Shown: in pieces, positions 1 through 10,249 of the stretch | Numbering within the stretch: position 1 is the first letter of the stretch | Layout: the number at the start of each line of letters is the position of its first letter | Source of the DNA: Candidatus Hodarchaeota archaeon | Lineage (GTDB): Archaea; Asgardarchaeota; Lokiarchaeia; Sigyniarchaeales; SOKP01 | Assembly (NCBI GenBank): GCA_048887225.1 | Contig: JBHLJY010000002.1 | Coordinates: 1-64,000, forward strand | Length of the DNA stretch: 64,000 nucleotides | Direction: 5' to 3' | Position numbers and translations under genes: made by a program | The notes under the pieces: generated by a model | The model's input: only the letters and a program-made list of their open reading frames with translations | Database searches by the model: none | What the model was told of the DNA's origin: nothing

Positions 1-1461
1 ACAGACGAGATCGTGAAAATTGTAAAATACTGCAATGAAAATGGGTTGCAATTTAAAGCACAAAGTACTGGTTGGGGTGCTCATAATTGTGCCGGACGGG
101 AAAATATGGTTATAATATTAGATTGCCGAAGAATGAATAAAATTTTAGATATAGATCCAAAAAACATGATTGCAGTGGTCGAACCTTACGTGATTAGCGG
201 TCAACTACAAACGGAGCTCTTTAAATTAGGATTAAACTGTCACATTGCTGGAGTTGGTGCGAATGGATCCCAATTAGTAACGGTCACAAGCATGTGCGGG
301 CAAGGTTGGACCGGAATCTCAACAGGATTTTCTAATAGAAACATTGTCGGAGCAGAATGGGTCATGCCTGAAGGTAAAGTATGCAGGATAGGTTCTTGGG
401 GTTCATTTGAGGGTGCTGAGGATCCTAAAAAAGAAATTGACGCTTCTGAATGGTTTCTTGCTGACGGTCCAGGACCAAGCATACGCGGAGTATATAGAGG
501 TTATTTTGGTGCATTTGGAGGTATGGGTATTTTTACAAAGGCAGCCATAAAAATTTATGATTGGCCGGGGCCAAAAATACTGGAAATTCAAGGCCGCTCT
601 CCAAATTACAGCTTAGTTAAAAATAAGATGCCAGATAATTGCGACGCTTATCACATTATTTGGGACGATTGGGAAGATTTCAAAGAGGCAGGATATTTAT
701 TAGCTTATTCAGAGATATGTTGGGGTCTTTGTAGAATACAAGGATTCGATTTGGCTTTAGCAGCTGCTCCTAATAATACAACAATGTATACAGAAAAAAT
801 ATTTCAAGATTTAGCTCATAGAGGAGGTCACGAATTTATGGTAATTATTGTGGCTGATAATGAAAAAGAATTTGAGTACCGGCAAAAAGTATTGAACCAT
901 ATAGTCGAAAAAACAAATGGCGAATATAATCCCCTTACACAGATTAAGCCGATGAAAGCTTTAGCTTTTATGGCAATAGTGAGGCAATGCAATACAACGA
1001 GAGGGGTATTTAGAGCAGGCGGAGGTTTTCATACGTCTTTAGGCGCTCTGGGAAGCTGGGATTGGTGCGTTGAGGGTGCTAAAATCGGAGAAAAATTAAA
1101 ACAAAAAGCGATTGATACTGGGGGATTAGTTGATGATGGAGCAGATAATGTTTGGGGGAATCCATATGAAGGAGGAACATTTTCTCATTTAGAAGAGTTA
1201 TTTATGTACGATATTACAGACGAAACCTCTCGTAAAGCTGCGATTCAGTACCTTAATTCGGTAATAGAGGCAAGTAAAAAATATCCTCTTGGAATTGGTT
1301 TGGGCATAGGGGATATGGAAGGAACCGTACATCAATGCGATCTTTTTGGACCGATTACAAGTAATTACCACACATGGATGAAGGCAATCAAATACGAATT
1401 TGATCCAAATAATGCTTCAGATCCAGGAAATTACACTGATGGGAAAAAATTTGAAGGATAA
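1..1461 (+). CDS. FAD-linked oxidoreductase (GlcD/FAD_binding_4-like), 5'-partial
   Basis: Frame open from base 1; STGWG and RMNKILDIDPKNMIAVVEPYV FAD-binding region, GMGIFTKAAIK, C-terminal IKYEFDPNN motif. Confidence 0.85.
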   Translation, partial: TDEIVKIVKYCNENGLQFKAQSTGWGAHNCAGRENMVIILDCRRMNKILDIDPKNMIAVVEPYVISGQLQTELFKLGLNCHIAGVGANGSQLVTVTSMCGQGWTGISTGFSNRNIVGAEWVMPEGKVCRIGSWGSFEGAEDPKKEIDASEWFLADGPGPSIRGVYRGYFGAFGGMGIFTKAAIKIYDWPGPKILEIQGRSPNYSLVKNKMPDNCDAYHIIWDDWEDFKEAGYLLAYSEICWGLCRIQGFDLALAAAPNNTTMYTEKIFQDLAHRGGHEFMVIIVADNEKEFEYRQKVLNHIVEKTNGEYNPLTQIKPMKALAFMAIVRQCNTTRGVFRAGGGFHTSLGALGSWDWCVEGAKIGEKLKQKAIDTGGLVDDGADNVWGNPYEGGTFSHLEELFMYDITDETSRKAAIQYLNSVIEASKKYPLGIGLGIGDMEGTVHQCDLFGPITSNYHTWMKAIKYEFDPNNASDPGNYTDGKKFEG

Positions 1462-1665
1462 TTTTTTTAAAAATTCTTAGTACTTTAACACATTTTTGTT
1501 ATTTTTCCCTTTGATACCTATCCCAAATAATTACCAATAGTATAATTTTTTTTTGACATTTCGAGATAATACTCAAATAACATAAGCATTTTTGAATTAA
1601 ATTTCATCCTTTATTTTTGTTAAAACTATAGTTATATACTGTTTATTATAATAAGGTTAGGTTTA

Positions 1666-3672
1666 ATGTCAGACCAAAAAAGTAAGCAAATATGCCGATT
1701 TTGTCAAAGAGAAATGAAAGTTATATTTTATTGCGAAGACTGCGGCGTAGCTTGCTGCTCTGACTGTCTGCGGGATGATTTCATTGATGATTTTGTATGT
1801 CAAGACTGCAATTCTAAAGATATTGAATTTAACCAAACGGAAGAAAAAAAAGTTTGTAAGGAATGTGGAACTGAAAATGTTATTAAAACCACTCATCATT
1901 ACAAATCATGTCCAAAATGCCATTCTCACAAAGTTCTTAATATTTACGAAAAAAAAGAAGAATTGGAGCAAAAATTTTTGGAATTAATTAAATTATCCCG
2001 CAACTTTATCCAACCTATAAGAGATGTAATTAACGAATTATACTTAATAAGGCATAATATTAAAAAATCAAGAGAACCACCCATAAGATGTTATCACTAT
2101 CCAAAAATGGAGTCAGAATTATTAGCTCTTTTTAAACAAGTTGAATATCTAAAAGAAAATTTACTTGGAAAAATTAATACGCATTTCCGTCATTTAGCTA
2201 TGAATAAGGTATATTTTCTTGATATTTATAATCAGCCTAATTCGAACGTAAGAATTATTGAAAGCATTTTAGAAAGTGTAAATCAAGGCCATGATTCTAT
2301 CGATAATTTTGTTACCAAAAATATTAAAGAAATCCTTGAGAAATTTGAGGATTTCCAAAAGAATTTACAATTCATTGAAAAAATAACAAAATTGTATTTA
2401 CCATATCAGCAATTTCTAAATTTGGCAGAGAAAGAGAAACCAGTTTATGCTATTAAAACCAAGCTTACTAACGGATTAGACCCTCAAAAACGATTCAAGA
2501 AAAGTAACGGTATTTTATTTATTACTAATTTTGATTTATCTTTTGTACATGAATATGGTTTCATCAAGAAAAAACGCGAATTAATTTTTAAGGCTCCTGT
2601 TGATGATTTAATTAAAATTCGAGATAGAGGGAAACTATTTAAAAAATTGCTTATTCAATTCGAATATGGAAAATACGAATTTTCATTTCCATCGAATGTT
2701 GTTTCAAAGATAATTGATTATATTCTTTTAGCAAGAAACTTCCAAGAAAATGAGATATATGATAAAGAATCAGCAAAAAAACTGCAAGAAATTGAAATAG
2801 ATTTAAATGATTTAGTAAGATATATTGAAGAAGGCATCAATTCATTTTTTAATTTAAAATGTCAAATTAATCAAAACGTCAATAATAGTGAAGATGAAGA
2901 ATTTGAATCATATTTCAATAGTTTTCAAAAACATCCACAATATTGGACCCCAAAATATATGAATAATCACATTTCAGCTAACCCTCCTTGTAATTCAAGA
3001 TTTTATAGCGATATTAATTCCCTAATCCCAGATCAGGAAGATTATAATTATTATAGAAACAGATTTAATCCTCAATACCCCTATAATCCATATAGATTTC
3101 AGAGTTACGTTCCTATATATAATTATCAATATTACGATGGGCCTTATCCATTCAATAATAGATCCGATTTTGATGAAAGAAATATTTTAATGAAAAGATT
3201 AAAAAGAGCACAAAGATTCGATCAGCAATTTCCACCTAGAATAAATGGATTAAGGTATAATAATTTTAACGAAATGAATGCTTTTAGAGATTGTGAGCCA
3301 ATGGTTAACGATAATTTTAATGATTCTTTCAATGATTATCATAAAAACCATATATCCGATTTATTTAATCAAGAAGAGCCCCCTATAGATAATATCTACG
3401 ATAGTCGAAACCATATATATGAATTTGATAAAAAGATTTATAAAAGAATGATGGAACTCAAAAGAGAGAAGTACAGTCTAAAGGAAACATTAAAAAAATT
3501 GGATGATAAATTTGATCAAGGCATAATTCGCGAAGTAGATTACTTTAAGACATTTAAAAACTTACAAAAAGAAATCTACCTTATTGATAAAAAAATTAAA
3601 TCCTTGTCTAAAAAAGTTAAAGATGATCGATTCTTTAGAAGAAAATTTAATAAAAAAGGATATTATTCCTAA
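1666..3672 (+). CDS. Multidomain protein: B-box-like and Zn-ribbon fingers, coiled coil, PH-like domain, N/Y/P-rich region, C-terminal steadiness-box-like helical hairpin
   Basis: CxxC-x9-CxxC-x4-CxxC at N-terminus plus 3 further CxxC pairs; GILFITNFDLSF PH/GRAM-like strands; C-terminus resembles Vps23/TSG101 SB by eye. Confidence 0.6.
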   Translation: MSDQKSKQICRFCQREMKVIFYCEDCGVACCSDCLRDDFIDDFVCQDCNSKDIEFNQTEEKKVCKECGTENVIKTTHHYKSCPKCHSHKVLNIYEKKEELEQKFLELIKLSRNFIQPIRDVINELYLIRHNIKKSREPPIRCYHYPKMESELLALFKQVEYLKENLLGKINTHFRHLAMNKVYFLDIYNQPNSNVRIIESILESVNQGHDSIDNFVTKNIKEILEKFEDFQKNLQFIEKITKLYLPYQQFLNLAEKEKPVYAIKTKLTNGLDPQKRFKKSNGILFITNFDLSFVHEYGFIKKKRELIFKAPVDDLIKIRDRGKLFKKLLIQFEYGKYEFSFPSNVVSKIIDYILLARNFQENEIYDKESAKKLQEIEIDLNDLVRYIEEGINSFFNLKCQINQNVNNSEDEEFESYFNSFQKHPQYWTPKYMNNHISANPPCNSRFYSDINSLIPDQEDYNYYRNRFNPQYPYNPYRFQSYVPIYNYQYYDGPYPFNNRSDFDERNILMKRLKRAQRFDQQFPPRINGLRYNNFNEMNAFRDCEPMVNDNFNDSFNDYHKNHISDLFNQEEPPIDNIYDSRNHIYEFDKKIYKRMMELKREKYSLKETLKKLDDKFDQGIIREVDYFKTFKNLQKEIYLIDKKIKSLSKKVKDDRFFRRKFNKKGYYS

Positions 3673-3738
3673 TTTCTTTTTTACTGCTTTTAAAAACTAT
3701 TAATAATCTTTAAAACCATATTAATACTTATTTATTTT

Positions 3739-4758
3739 ATGGAAAAAGAAGGATTATTTACTACTGTTGTAGGAAGCTGGCCATTAATTAATAAAAATGA
3801 CAATATGATAAGGGCCTTCGAAGATCAAATTAATATGGGTGTTGATTATCCTTGTTATCCACAATTAGTATCAATGATTACCCAATTTTTATCTCCACTG
3901 TCGGAAATGATTGGTCCATTAGAAGAAAAGAGTGAAAAATTTTATTTAAGCGAAGATTTTCAGATTCCAGAGAAGTGCATTGCTTTAGAATATGGAGAAT
4001 TCATTATTAACTTTTTAAATGAACACATTAACCTTAAAAAATTAATTAAAGGAACAAAAGCTTGCTTAACGGGACCATTTACCTTAGCCAGTGAAATTTT
4101 TTTAGAAAGGGAAGTGGCAAAAGGAGTCACGCCAAAAATTTTTAACGAACCGCGCGCTATAATGGTAGAATGGATTGTAGATAAGTTATCAGAGATTATG
4201 AAACAAATAGGTAAAGCTTACAGCGATTTAGGGATAAATATTATTTCTATAGATGAACCTATATTAGGACTTTTGATAGGCAGGCAGATTTGGTTCCACA
4301 CAGAGGATTTTATTGTGGAAACGCTTAATAAAGCTCTATCTGGAATAAAAGATCTTCCCTCTATCCATGTATGTGGTCGAATTAGTCCTAAGCTACGAGA
4401 TTTACTTTTACAAACTGAAGTAAAAATACTTGATCATGAATTTCGAACTAGTGAAGGAAATTTCAAAATATTTGAAAAGAAGCATTTCGAAAATACTGAC
4501 AAATATTTAGCAATTGGTACTGTACAAACTAAAGTAGCTCCTAGAAAAAATGCAGAAATAAATGATTATATTGAAAATGTTGATTTTTTAAAGAAATACA
4601 TAAGAAAAGCTATTGATTTATACGGTAAAGAAAACTTAATTATAAAACCGGACTGTGGTTTTGGACCTTTAAAAGAAACCTTTGGTGAATTTGACGCATA
4701 TAAACTAGCTTTGGGTAAAGTAAAAAATATGGTTCAAGCTTTACAAGAATTTAAATAA
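3739..4758 (+). CDS. Cobalamin-independent methionine synthase catalytic-domain (MetE-like) protein
   Basis: TTVVGSWP, LTGPFTLA, IDEP, Zn ligands IHVCG and PDCG. Confidence 0.8.
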   Translation: MEKEGLFTTVVGSWPLINKNDNMIRAFEDQINMGVDYPCYPQLVSMITQFLSPLSEMIGPLEEKSEKFYLSEDFQIPEKCIALEYGEFIINFLNEHINLKKLIKGTKACLTGPFTLASEIFLEREVAKGVTPKIFNEPRAIMVEWIVDKLSEIMKQIGKAYSDLGINIISIDEPILGLLIGRQIWFHTEDFIVETLNKALSGIKDLPSIHVCGRISPKLRDLLLQTEVKILDHEFRTSEGNFKIFEKKHFENTDKYLAIGTVQTKVAPRKNAEINDYIENVDFLKKYIRKAIDLYGKENLIIKPDCGFGPLKETFGEFDAYKLALGKVKNMVQALQEFK

Positions 4759-4819
4759 AGATTTCTCCTATTCTAAGAAGTATTAATTTTTTATTAAGAG
4801 TAAATTATTTTTAAAAAAC

Positions 4820-5473
4820 TTAGCTTTCTAATTCTTTTCTGAGCTTTTCTATTTCTTCTTCAAGTTTTTCTTTCGTTTGAATTTCTTCCTCTTCTAGATC
4901 TACATCCGAAATATATTGTGGCATTTCTCCTCCCGTTGGGACGGTTGGCATCGTACCGCTAGCATCTAACAACATTTCTGTTTCAAGCTGATTCAATTCG
5001 GCAGAGACATCAATTCCTAGATCTATTTCGGGATCTCCCGCAAGTATATCTCCTGCTTCTTCAATTTCCGAAACATACATTTCGCTGTCTTCTGCAATTT
5101 CCGCGATTTTAACGGGAGATGCCTTTGCTGCAATTGTTTTAAGTTCATCGCGCATTTGTGCCATAAAATTTCCAGATTGAGCTATTGCCGATCCCTCTTC
5201 TACAGCTTCAATTTGTCTTTCGAATTTAGCTCTAATATTAGTTATACGATCAACTTTAGTTTGATAACTTTTGTATTGTACGAGATAATTTTTAGCTCTA
5301 GTCTTTTCTCCTCTCTGTAAAGCGATTTTTGCGTTTTGTCTCGCAACTTCAGCTCTCTTCTGATGCGCTTTGGCTCGAAGTCCTAATGTGCGTGTATATC
5401 TTTTTACTGAAGTTATTAACTTTTCTTGAGATGCTCCTTTGCGAGGAAATAATTTCTTACCCAATTTTCCCAT
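4820..5473 (-). CDS. Snf7-family ESCRT-III protein (Vps20/32/60-like)
   Basis: Basic N-terminal helical hairpin (AKIALQRGEKTRAKNYL), acidic C-terminal half, terminal amphipathic helix. Confidence 0.75.
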   Translation of the reverse strand: MGKLGKKLFPRKGASQEKLITSVKRYTRTLGLRAKAHQKRAEVARQNAKIALQRGEKTRAKNYLVQYKSYQTKVDRITNIRAKFERQIEAVEEGSAIAQSGNFMAQMRDELKTIAAKASPVKIAEIAEDSEMYVSEIEEAGDILAGDPEIDLGIDVSAELNQLETEMLLDASGTMPTVPTGGEMPQYISDVDLEEEEIQTKEKLEEEIEKLRKELES

Positions 5474-5661
5474 TTTTTACATCGTCTCTATTTATTAGGA
5501 TTCAAAATTATAATCTTTAATTTTATATTAAATATGATTTTTCTAATTTAAAAATTTATTTTGAAGCATTAACATTTTTACTTAGTTTACGAAAAAATAG
5601 AAATTTTAATAAATAAATTTTGTATAGACCAATTACTACCAAAGATTTAGTTTGATTTGAT

Positions 5662-6771
5662 ATGAAAAAAATAATATTAAATTTCGAGTCTAAAGGCCAC
5701 GATTTTAAAGAATTAGTCCAAGAAGCATTCAATAAAGATATTCTCAATTTTTTAGTTTCTAAAGAAACTTATCCAGAATTCGAGAAAGTTGAGAGAGTAA
5801 ATATATATTCAAAAAGTTTAGAATTAGCTCCAAAATTTACAATATATTCCGACAAGCAAAAGCTTCAAGATAAATTAGATAAAGCAGATACCATCGAAAA
5901 TATTGGATACTATAAAGAGTTAAAATCAAAAGAAGATGAATTAGAGATTATAGAATTATCAAAGACACGCATGATAGATTTCATTATAGTCGCTGCAAAA
6001 GATTGGAAAATTATTCCGTTTGAAAATCTCATAGCTGAGATGCATACCAATGAGACCGACCTCATTGCAGAGGTTGAAGCTGTGAAAGAGGCTGAATTAA
6101 TGTTAAAGACGTTAGAAATAGGAGTCGATGGAATTTTAATAAAACCTACTGATGCTAATGATATTATTAATTTGAAAAAATTACTTCACACAACATTTAA
6201 TATTGAATTGACCAAAGCTAAAGTCATTAAGATACAAAATATTCCCGAAAGCGAACGAGTTTGTGTTGATACTACATCACTTCTTCGCCAAGGTGAAGGA
6301 ATGTTAGTAGGTTCAACCGCAATGGGTTTCGCACTAGTTCACGCTGAAGTATTTGAAACGCAATTTGTTAGTTCTAGACCGTTCAGAGTAAATGCCGGAG
6401 ATGTTTCCGCTTACATATTAGTTCCTGGCCAAGAGCTAAATACCTATAGAACGAATTATTTAAGCGAATTAAAAGGTGGAGATAAGGTTCTAGTTGTTAA
6501 TAATAGAGGAGATGCCCGAATAGTATCTGTTGGACGGGTTAAAATAGAAACTCGCCCAATGCTAAGATTTGAAATAGAAGTGCCTCAAGGAGATAAAAAT
6601 ATAATTATTAATTTTATATGTCAAAACGCAGAGACTATTCGATTGGTTGACGCTAATGGTAATGCTAAATCTGTTGTTGATATTAAGAAGGGCGACGAAA
6701 TACTCGTTCATATTGGTCCTGGAGCAACGCATTTTGGTACCGCTATAAAAGAAACTATTATAGAGAAATAG
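5662..6771 (+). CDS. aroB': 3-dehydroquinate synthase II
   Basis: DWKIIPFENLIA, RVCVDT, SRPFRVNAG, YLSELKGGD, VGRVKIETRPM, QNAETIRL. Confidence 0.95.
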   Translation: MKKIILNFESKGHDFKELVQEAFNKDILNFLVSKETYPEFEKVERVNIYSKSLELAPKFTIYSDKQKLQDKLDKADTIENIGYYKELKSKEDELEIIELSKTRMIDFIIVAAKDWKIIPFENLIAEMHTNETDLIAEVEAVKEAELMLKTLEIGVDGILIKPTDANDIINLKKLLHTTFNIELTKAKVIKIQNIPESERVCVDTTSLLRQGEGMLVGSTAMGFALVHAEVFETQFVSSRPFRVNAGDVSAYILVPGQELNTYRTNYLSELKGGDKVLVVNNRGDARIVSVGRVKIETRPMLRFEIEVPQGDKNIIINFICQNAETIRLVDANGNAKSVVDIKKGDEILVHIGPGATHFGTAIKETIIEK

Positions 6772-6813
6772 AATTATGAATCGGAAATTAAAATATTATA
6801 ATTTAAAACGATC

Positions 6814-8082
6814 ATGATTTATTGGGCGCCAATATTACATCTGTATCAACCACCAACACAGGAGATTGATATTTTAAGATTAATAAATAAGGAGTGCTAC
6901 AAACCATTATTTTCAATAATAGAGGACCACGAAAATGCTAAATTCTGTTTAAATATTAATGGCTGTCTCATTGACCTTCTTTACGAATTTGGCATGGCTG
7001 ACACATTGGATTTACTAAAAAATCTTGTGTCCGAAAATAAGATTGAAATTATGGGTACTGCCAAATTTCATCCAATTCTTCCCTTGATTCCTGAAAAAGA
7101 GGCATATCATCAAGTTCGAATGAATGAATTGGTGAATCGCAAAGAATTTGGAACTATTTGGGAAAGAAAAGGTTTTTTTCCACCAGAATTAGCGATTTCA
7201 AAACAAATTCTTAAACTGGTACGTAAACTTGGATATAAATGGATAATTATGAGCGGAATTGCTTGTCCAATAGAATGGCCCTACGATAAAATATATAGCT
7301 TACCAAACGGACTTCAATTATTTTTTAGAGATGAAATCTTGAGTAATAAAATTTCGTTCAAACAAATTACTACTAAGAAATTCATAAAATCGTTAAAAAG
7401 TATATTTAAAAGTGAATCTAATAAAGAGAGATACGATAAATATATTATTACAGCAATGGATGGAGAAACATTTGGTCATCATATTAAAAACTATGAAAAG
7501 ACATTTTTAGGAAAAGTTTTATCCTTAATTAGCAATAATGATGATATAAAAGAAGAAAAAATAGAAATTGTATTAATATCTGAGTTGCCTAATCACTTCC
7601 CGATAATAGATAAAAAGATTAATCCAAGAGACTCAAGTTGGAGTACAACTTACGAGGATATTAAGGCGAAAGTGCCATATCCACTTTGGAAACATCCAGA
7701 TAATAATATTCATAATTATTATTGGAAAATAATGAAAAGTCTGAATAATTTACTTGATTTAGCAGATAATTTAGATCTAACTAAGAATTGGGAGGTCACT
7801 AGTTATTATAATACTGCTAGATGGTTTTATGATCGCGGTATGTATTCTTGTCCTATGTGGTGGGCAAATCCTCAAAGTGGAATGTGGAGCCCTAACTTAA
7901 TATATAAGGGTTTAGAATTATTAATGAAAGCGGCACTTAATGCACAATTAGCATTGGTTCGAGCGGGTAAGAATGAGGGTGAAGGTTATTTTGACTCTAT
8001 CTCTTATTATCACGGATTATTACTTATGGAGCTTTACACAATCACAAAAAAAAATCTTAACAAAGAAAATGAAGGATTCTAA
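6814..8082 (+). CDS. Glycoside hydrolase family 57
   Basis: HLYQP, HPILPL, nucleophile FPPELA, acid/base MDGETFGHH, SSW. Confidence 0.9.
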   Translation: MIYWAPILHLYQPPTQEIDILRLINKECYKPLFSIIEDHENAKFCLNINGCLIDLLYEFGMADTLDLLKNLVSENKIEIMGTAKFHPILPLIPEKEAYHQVRMNELVNRKEFGTIWERKGFFPPELAISKQILKLVRKLGYKWIIMSGIACPIEWPYDKIYSLPNGLQLFFRDEILSNKISFKQITTKKFIKSLKSIFKSESNKERYDKYIITAMDGETFGHHIKNYEKTFLGKVLSLISNNDDIKEEKIEIVLISELPNHFPIIDKKINPRDSSWSTTYEDIKAKVPYPLWKHPDNNIHNYYWKIMKSLNNLLDLADNLDLTKNWEVTSYYNTARWFYDRGMYSCPMWWANPQSGMWSPNLIYKGLELLMKAALNAQLALVRAGKNEGEGYFDSISYYHGLLLMELYTITKKNLNKENEGF

Positions 8083-8183
8083 AATCGAAATATTATAGTT
8101 TTTTAACAGATTAGCATAAATTTTATAATTATTAAACTAATATATTTAACAAATAAGATTTAAGAATAAATACTCTTATTGAA

Positions 8184-9275
8184 ATGGCCAAAAACGAGAG
8201 AAAATTAAAAAATTGCGTTTACTGTGGAGCAATGACAGAAGGTCAAATATATTGTCCTAACTGTGGTAAATTAGTTATCACTAAAAAACCTGGTGAGAAA
8301 CCAAAAATTTCTGAAATTAAAATTTCTAAACCAATTTCGATAGAGAGAGTTTGCTCTGGATGCGGTTCTGTAATTACATCTACTATTCTTGAACAGTGTC
8401 CCATATGTAATACACGATTAGAATCAATCCCAGATTATCAAAAATCAGCTAGAATTAAGCCTGGCTTTGTGTTTAAAGACAAAAAACTGAAATCTGAACA
8501 AGATTTAATGATAAAAAAAGATGCTTGGAATATAAAAGAAGGTCTAAATGTTTTTATGAATAGTATAATTGTATATGTGTTTATTCAGCTATTATTGATC
8601 ATGCTTATATGGTTTCAATTAGGATTATTCCAATCAACTTCAGAAATAAATATTGATTTAATTCTTCTAAGTCAAATACCTGGTATAGCAATAGGAATTT
8701 ATCCTTTATGGTATATATATTCTAATAAACATAATATCGAGAAATTAGGTTTTACTTCTGATTCAAAAAAAATCATAATTTCCATTTTTATTGGAATTGC
8801 TGGAGGAATATTACTATTGGCAATAAATTATTTAGCTGTCTTAATAAATTCTTTCCTTAATGAGGTTGGTTTTGTCTTCTTTGATATAAGTGAGTATATC
8901 GAACAAGAATCTAAAGCAATTCGAGAAGCAGACCTTATTTGGATAATTTTATTAATAATATTAATAAGTTTACAAGCTATTTCGACAGAAGTTGTATTTA
9001 GAGGTGTATTACATAACGCCCTAAAAGAGAGATTTGAAAATAAAAGTGGAAAGAATTTATCAGGAAAAATGGAAGTTATACTAATAGTAGCGTTTGTCTA
9101 TGCAGCTTTATATATATTATTCTTGTTTCTTATAGGTATTATATTTTTTATTCTAAATTTCCTTATCTTTCTAATACTCGGAATTCTTTACGAAATAAAT
9201 AAGAATATCTATAATACAATTATAGCAAATGTTTTTTACTTTAATCTTGTTATAATCTTGATGGTTTTCTTTTGA
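8184..9275 (+). CDS. Double zinc ribbon + CPBP/Abi (CAAX protease-like) membrane protein, catalytic motifs degenerate
   Basis: Four CxxC pairs, multiple TM helices, TEVVFRG in place of EExxFR. Confidence 0.7.
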   Translation: MAKNERKLKNCVYCGAMTEGQIYCPNCGKLVITKKPGEKPKISEIKISKPISIERVCSGCGSVITSTILEQCPICNTRLESIPDYQKSARIKPGFVFKDKKLKSEQDLMIKKDAWNIKEGLNVFMNSIIVYVFIQLLLIMLIWFQLGLFQSTSEINIDLILLSQIPGIAIGIYPLWYIYSNKHNIEKLGFTSDSKKIIISIFIGIAGGILLLAINYLAVLINSFLNEVGFVFFDISEYIEQESKAIREADLIWIILLIILISLQAISTEVVFRGVLHNALKERFENKSGKNLSGKMEVILIVAFVYAALYILFLFLIGIIFFILNFLIFLILGILYEINKNIYNTIIANVFYFNLVIILMVFF

Positions 9276-9402
9276 GTTTAAAAAATTGTAGCGTAAATAT
9301 AAAAATTTAATAATATGAAAAATCTAATAACTCTAGTATTATTATTTATAACCTCTTCTCTAATTAATACGACAAAATTTAATTCTTCTGGAGTAATACA
9401 GA

Positions 9403-10125
9403 TTGAGTAAAACAATTTATCGAAATAAAGGCTCGAAAGATAATATTGTAATTTCAATCGCAGGGGCTCATGGTGTTGGAAAAACAACTATATATAACTT
9501 ATTTAAGAAAAGAATTGGAGAAAACAACCTTAAATTTAAATTTTATTCAGAGAGATACAAGAAAATACCCCCCTTTCCATTTGGATCCCATGATAAGCAA
9601 ATAGCTTTTAGAAGTGAGATTCACTTTCTTCAACAACTAATGAGAAGAAATAGAAATATTTTAAAATACGACGAAAGATATAATGGTAGAATAATTGTAT
9701 TAGACAGAACTCCTATTTGCGTATTGATTTATTCAAAAAGTCTAAATTTAAAAGAAAAGGATTATCAGCTTCTATTAGACATGTATCACTCAGTTGAGTG
9801 GAGAGAGGATTATATAATTTATTTAACTGCGCAACCTGATACCATATTAAACAGAATAATTCAACGAGGTTCTCTAGAAAAAATAAGAAAAGAATGGAAT
9901 GAGCAAGAAAAAGAATATTTGCTGAAAATCATATCTTATTATAATCAATTTCTCTCATCAAAAAAGGAAAAAGAAAAAATTTTTATTATTAACACAGAAA
10001 ATTTAACTGCTGAAGATATTTTAAAGAATATCGAAGAAATTATTACCGAAATATCGGATTATCGTTTTAAAAAGATTGTTAAACCACAAGATCATCAAAT
10101 GAATTTAATTAACTTTTTGAAATAA
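9403..10125 (+). CDS. Deoxynucleoside/thymidylate kinase-family P-loop protein (TTG start)
   Basis: GAHGVGKTT, VLDR, IYLTA..RIIQRG. Confidence 0.8.
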   Translation: MSKTIYRNKGSKDNIVISIAGAHGVGKTTIYNLFKKRIGENNLKFKFYSERYKKIPPFPFGSHDKQIAFRSEIHFLQQLMRRNRNILKYDERYNGRIIVLDRTPICVLIYSKSLNLKEKDYQLLLDMYHSVEWREDYIIYLTAQPDTILNRIIQRGSLEKIRKEWNEQEKEYLLKIISYYNQFLSSKKEKEKIFIINTENLTAEDILKNIEEIITEISDYRFKKIVKPQDHQMNLINFLK

Positions 10126-10249
10126 ATATATTAAGAAAGATAAATAAATATATTAAGATAGATTTTTTGTTTATACTTAATACTTAGTATTTTCCAAAAT
10201 GGACTATATTTATATTAAAACATGATCATAGGTAAAAGTTAGAGAGAAA

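Noticed and set aside
4820-5473. N-terminal MG of Snf7 as a myristoylation signal (Vps20-like)
   Set aside because: Poor match to MGxxxS, and no N-myristoyltransferase is established in archaea.
9278-9487. Short minus-strand ORF and the other 60-140 aa overlapping ORFs in the track
   Set aside because: They overlap well-supported genes and show no motifs; expected by chance.
10120-10158. 17-nt direct repeat aaataaatatattaaga x2
   Set aside because: Almost pure A/T, two copies only, overlaps a stop codon; not CRISPR-like.
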